Below, piece by piece: positions 59,775-64,000 of a stretch of DNA of 64,000 nucleotides. Location: the NCBI GenBank assembly GCA_963811105.1, contig CAWEPZ010000011.1, positions 608,001-672,000 on the forward strand, written 5' to 3'. Every line of letters begins with the position of its first letter. The first letter of the stretch is position 1. Source of the stretch: Candidatus Bathyarchaeota archaeon (lineage in GTDB: Archaea > Thermoproteota > Bathyarchaeia > Bathyarchaeales > Bathycorpusculaceae). A program made the position numbers and the translations under genes. The notes beneath the pieces are model-generated. The model ran no database searches. It was given only the letters and a program-made list of their open reading frames with translations, and was not told the DNA's origin.

Positions 59775-60530
59775 TTACTTCCATTTCGTCAATATCTCTT
59801 CTCTTTGGAATGTCGCTTTGCTCAAGTAGAATAGCGCGATGTCGGCAATCGCTAGTCCGAGTGATACGCCTACAGCCAGCCATACTGAGAGTTGAGCGCT
59901 GGTTGAGGCAAAAATTACAATAAAAACTAACGGTAACACCACCAAGCCGCCTAACTGTTGAGCCGCTCTTATGTCATTCACTTTGGATGACACGATTATG
60001 TTGGCTTCAACGCTCATGATGCATGAAAGTGGAGCTATTACACCTATTACCAAAACCCAGTACAAGTTAGGAATTAAGAAAAGGCCCAGTCTTGTGTAGG
60101 ACCAGTAATCTATGATTGGAGCTGAGATTACTGCGCCAAGAAAAGTTACCGCTATACATGGAATGAAAGCTGCTAAACTTTTGCCGAGTAACAGTTCACC
60201 GTCAGTTGTGGGCGTTGCCAACAAGGGTTCAAGACTCTTCTCGATTTTTTCTCCAACAAAACTGTAGGAAGCAATAATAGACGGGAGAATTGAGGCGATA
60301 AGTACTAAGTACATTGTGGCAATGCTCACAATTTGGTTTGCCGCAGCTAAGGCCATAGAAGTTGTTACAAGCGGGGACGAAATTTCCGCGTCCAAAGCAA
60401 AAATGAAAATCACTGGTAGCACGACACCCATTATCACTGGCATTGCAACCAAAGAGTAGAGCACATATTTGTTTTTCTTGAAAACACTAAGGTCTTTTTG
60501 GGTAACAATCCATGACTTCCATAATCTCAT
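59775..60530 (-). CDS. ABC-2 type transporter permease
   Basis: SFVGEKIEKSLEPLLATP..LLGK; six TMs. Confidence 0.9.
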   Translation of the reverse strand: MRLWKSWIVTQKDLSVFKKNKYVLYSLVAMPVIMGVVLPVIFIFALDAEISSPLVTTSMALAAANQIVSIATMYLVLIASILPSIIASYSFVGEKIEKSLEPLLATPTTDGELLLGKSLAAFIPCIAVTFLGAVISAPIIDYWSYTRLGLFLIPNLYWVLVIGVIAPLSCIMSVEANIIVSSKVNDIRAAQQLGGLVVLPLVFIVIFASTSAQLSVWLAVGVSLGLAIADIALFYLSKATFQREEILTKWK

Positions 60531-61456
60531 TGCACTGAAGCCTCCTTAATTAACTTCAAATATACATCCTCAAGCGTCGAACGCAACTCAGTGACGTACT
60601 GAATATTGCCACCTGCTTCCACAATAGCTCTAACAACCTCAGGGTTGTCTTTTTCAGGGTTATCTATGTCGAGAATCAACTTGCTATCGCTTATTCGAAC
60701 GTTCTTAACTGAGCTTAAATTTCGAACAGCTGCCGCAACCGAAGCTGTAACGCTGTCTAAGTGAACAATAGTCTTACGATTATACAGACTGTGCTCCAAA
60801 TTCTTGGGAGAATCAACCGCAATAAGCTTGCCTTTCAAAATTGCGATGCGATCGCAAAGCCTTTCCGCTTCATCCAAATTATGTGTATTAAGAAAAATAG
60901 TTGTTTTCTCTTTCTTAAGGTCCAAAATAAAATCTCGCACGGTTTTAGCTGCTTCTGGATCAAGGTTTGCTGTAGGCTCATCCAAAAACAGAACCAGAGG
61001 CTCATGAATCAGAGCCCTCGCAATAGCTATTTTCTGCTTAGTTCCCTTACTAAATGTGCCTACTGCATCCTCCCGACGCTCCCAAATTCCCAAAAGCCTC
61101 AGAAGCCGTTCAATGTTTTCATGCCGCTTCTGGTCCGGAACCTCGTACAGTTTACCATAAAAATCCAGGTTTCTATAAGCACTTAAACTATCATATAAAC
61201 CAACGTTTTCAGGTAGAAAACCAACTATTTTCCTAATTTTTAGGCAATCATTTTCATTTTCAACTGTGTAGTCGCCAATGCGAGCTTGCCCGCTGGTCTT
61301 ACCAATTAAACAACAAAGCATACGTACCGTTGTTGTTTTTCCCGCGCCGTTGGGTCCAAGAAACCCAAAAACCTCACCCTCTTCGACATGTAACGTAACA
61401 TTGTCAACGGCGGTTAAGTTGCCGAATTTTCTGGTTAGGTTTTCAGTATCAATCAT
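60527..61456 (-). CDS. ABC transporter ATP-binding protein
   Basis: GPNGAGKTT, FSKGTKQK, LFLDEPT. Confidence 0.95.
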   Translation of the reverse strand: MIDTENLTRKFGNLTAVDNVTLHVEEGEVFGFLGPNGAGKTTTVRMLCCLIGKTSGQARIGDYTVENENDCLKIRKIVGFLPENVGLYDSLSAYRNLDFYGKLYEVPDQKRHENIERLLRLLGIWERREDAVGTFSKGTKQKIAIARALIHEPLVLFLDEPTANLDPEAAKTVRDFILDLKKEKTTIFLNTHNLDEAERLCDRIAILKGKLIAVDSPKNLEHSLYNRKTIVHLDSVTASVAAAVRNLSSVKNVRISDSKLILDIDNPEKDNPEVVRAIVEAGGNIQYVTELRSTLEDVYLKLIKEASVQ

Positions 61457-61480
61457 GTGCTAAACCCGATGACTTAGGGA

Positions 61481-61759
61481 TTATTGCCTTTCGTATTTAG
61501 AATCTTCGATCCGTTTTTGCTCTAATTCTTCCTCGGACAGCTTCGGCGAGGCAGTCTTCATTTGTTGTTTTTCTTCAAGAGGCCAAGTTACTGGATCTTT
61601 AACTGATGAATAGACATTTTGCCAACTGCGTTTTTTGCAGGCTGGACATTTGATATAGTGCAAAGGACCTATGTGCGGCGCCAAAACTGTTCCGCCTAAG
61701 CCTTGTTCAAAAACATTTGAACATTTTTTACATTTTACCCTAGTCATCCTAATCAACAA
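61481..61759 (-). CDS. Zinc-ribbon protein
   Basis: CKKC...KCPACKK. Confidence 0.65.
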   Translation of the reverse strand: MLIRMTRVKCKKCSNVFEQGLGGTVLAPHIGPLHYIKCPACKKRSWQNVYSSVKDPVTWPLEEKQQMKTASPKLSEEELEQKRIEDSKYERQ

Positions 61760-61858
61760 TAGGTCGATTATCAGATATTAGATTAAAAAGTTTGCTTAAC
61801 CGAAACTGTTTTTTATTGTCACATTATAATAGCAGAACTAAGCAAGGTTTGAGTTTAA

Positions 61859-62224
61859 ATGTTTGAACATCACTACGAGAATCTTTTGCCAAAACAAGCA
61901 TTTCTTAAGCGGTTAGCTAAGTATGCGTTGATCTCGCTTAGTTTAGTGATTGCTTCATTGATTATTGGTATGGTTGGCTACTACTCGTTTGAAGGCTACT
62001 CATGGGTTGATTCGTTTCTAAATGCTGCTATGTTAATGGGTGGAATGGGACCAGCCGGCACTTTGCACACAGATGCAGGAAAAATATTTGCTGGAATTTA
62101 TGCTCTATACTGCGGGTTAATTGAGCTGTTTGCGATTGGAATCTTCGCTGCTCCTCTTTTTCACAGGTTTATGCATCATTTCCATTTAGAGAGCGAGCAC
62201 AAACAAAAAGAAGACCGAGTCTAA
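61859..62224 (+). CDS. Small ion-channel-like membrane protein
   Basis: IGMVGYYSFEGYSWVDSFLNAAMLMGGMGP..GKIFAGIYALY. Confidence 0.75.
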   Translation: MFEHHYENLLPKQAFLKRLAKYALISLSLVIASLIIGMVGYYSFEGYSWVDSFLNAAMLMGGMGPAGTLHTDAGKIFAGIYALYCGLIELFAIGIFAAPLFHRFMHHFHLESEHKQKEDRV

Positions 62225-62248
62225 AAGCTTGCCAGGTGAATTCTGAAT

Positions 62249-63491
62249 ATGACTTCGGCCATGTTATGGAAAAGGAATATACTTCCAAACGGTTTAAGAG
62301 TATTATCTTTCCCTCGGCAATCTGCAAATACCACCCAGCTGTCCATCGCTGTTGAGTTTGGTTCAAATCAAGAGCCGGAAGAAAACGCTGGAGTCGCCCA
62401 TTTTCTTGAACATATGCTTGCTGGAGGTTCCACAAAACGAATCCAGTTATCGCGAAGCGTTGAAGATTCTGGCGGAAATCTAAATTTTTACACAGATCAT
62501 GAGCACATGATGAGTACCATTGATATTCTGCCGGATAAATTAAGTGAAGCTGCGCTTCGTTCTTTCAGAGTTGCTGTTTAACAACGATTTTGAGGAAGAG
62601 AAATTTGGAAGAGAACAAAAGATAATTCTCAATGAACTCGCAGAAGCCTCAGACGACCCAACTGAAAAGACCGAAGAGTTATTGATGAAAAGTCTGTTTA
62701 AAAATCACCCGGTAAAGCGTCCAGTCGGAGGTTTTCCGAAAACCGTTAGAAAATTAACTTTAAAGCAACTGATTAAGGCGCATAGAACAAATTATATTCC
62801 CCAAAACATGATATTAATTTTAGCAGGCAATTTATCCGAAAAAAATAGTGGCATTGTTCTTAAAAACTTCGAGGACAAAACCTCCGAGAAATTGCGCTCA
62901 AAAAAGATCCACCCTTTGGAAATAGGTAAGCCTGAACCGTTGGTTGTTAAGAAAAAGTCGGGCATAGCTCAATCCTACTTTAGCATAGGGGCAAGAACGG
63001 TTTGTTCAGGTCACAAAGATGCGCCTACGTTAGATTTGATAAGTGCTATACTTAGCGGAGGAACTAGTTCACGATTATTCATAGAACTGCGAGAAAAGAA
63101 CGCCCTTACATATGATGTCAATTCAGACAATAACAAAGGGTTAGATTTCGGGTTTTTCAATATTGATTGTGCAGTTAAAGATAGAAATTTAGACAAAGCT
63201 AATGATTTGATCGGAAAAGAGTTAGCCAAGTTGAAGACTCAAAAGCCACCAACTAAGGAAATTGAAAGAACCAAAAATTTGATTACTGCCGAAATCCTCA
63301 GGGGAATGGATAATCCACATGAAACATCAGAAATTCTTGCCTATATGGAAATACAATTTAGAAATGAAAGATCGCTGCTAGACTATATTGACAAAATTAA
63401 GGCGGTCTCAAGTGAGAACATAACAGAAGCTGCCAATACTTACTTTCAAGAAGATTGTCTTTCAACCGTTATCCTCAAACCTAAGGAGTAA
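62249..63491 (+). pseudogene. M16 (insulinase/pitrilysin) zinc peptidase split by one frameshift near 62555
   Basis: LPNGLRV, GVAHFLEHML (HxxEH) in ORF 62249-62581; SSRLFIELREK.ALTYDV in ORF 62544-63491. Confidence 0.85.
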
Positions 63492-63903
63492 AATCTTCAA
63501 ATAAAAGCATGAAGATTTTTCGTTAAAGTTAGTGTTTCAAGGTGCCGTTTGACAGACAACTCTAATTGCCTAAAAGGATGCCCAGAAATGCAGATTTGGG
63601 AGCCTAAGCCCCATAGTGCAGATCATGGACAGAGCCATATCATGGCAATAGGTTTATCTGCCAAACGACTCGAAACGTTTGCTGATATTATCTACGGATT
63701 CTATAGAAGATAAAAATTTGTGGTAGCGCCAAGACTATCACAAACAATCAAAATACCAACTCCCTTTGTTAAGAAGAAACAAACTTCTATGTTAAAGTAG
63801 AAACATGTAGCAGACCATGTACGCACATAAACATAAACGTCAAAGAAAAAAAGAGCTAAATACATAGAGACTATAATTTGTAACCTTTCAAGGGGACAAT
63901 AAC

Positions 63904-64000
63904 TTGCATTTGGAAGAGATGAAGAAAGAAATTGAAGCTCTCGTAATATCCAAAGGATTTTACAATAAGCCCGAGGACATTCCTAAGAAACTGCTTTTTG
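63904..64000 (+). CDS. Partial ORF, possibly a MazG-like pyrophosphohydrolase (runs off the window)
   Basis: LHLEEMKKEIEALVISKGFYNKPEDIPKKLLF. Confidence 0.4.
   Translation, partial: MHLEEMKKEIEALVISKGFYNKPEDIPKKLLF

Noticed and set aside
1979-63229. Many short ORF-track entries antisense to or overlapping long genes (e.g. 1979-2260, 4045-4296, 24304-24618, 36388-36756, 45460-45729, 60761-61186)
   Set aside because: Shadow ORFs with no motifs, overlapping better-supported genes.

Overview
Archaeal DNA, most consistent with Bathyarchaeia. This is inferred from the expanded PQQ-type beta-propeller surface proteins, PEF-CTERM-like anchors, BRE/TATA promoters and archaeal tRNAs. Positions ~1-47 kb are an accessory, cell-surface-gene island full of provirus and integrase debris; ~53-64 kb is mostly ordinary transport and metabolic genes. 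The most striking signal is a cassette-like array (about 11.8-34.6 kb, with outliers at 2.8 kb and 48.8 kb) of co-oriented, mostly unrelated secreted or membrane-anchored protein genes. They are separated by a conserved ~40-bp double palindrome, GTCAA-N6-TTGAC-N8-GTCAA-A(C/G)TTTC-TTGAC. The site overlaps or abuts the stop codon of the upstream gene, sits exactly 8 nt from the TATA box of the next gene, and is sometimes left next to orphan C-terminal gene tails. This looks like a dif-module or integron-like, tyrosine-recombinase-built surface-protein cassette system with non-attC sites. A transcription-factor regulon is the main alternative, and no intact recombinase lies in the window. A second junction motif (GAACA-N3-TGTTC-N8-GAAC) marks three cassettes. 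The window also holds four PQQ-propeller paralogs (two bracketed by repeated remnants of one phage-like GNAT gene), three tyrosine-integrase pseudogenes, tRNA-His/Leu/Pro, nested att duplications of tRNA-Pro, and terminase, ParB and tail-tube relics.
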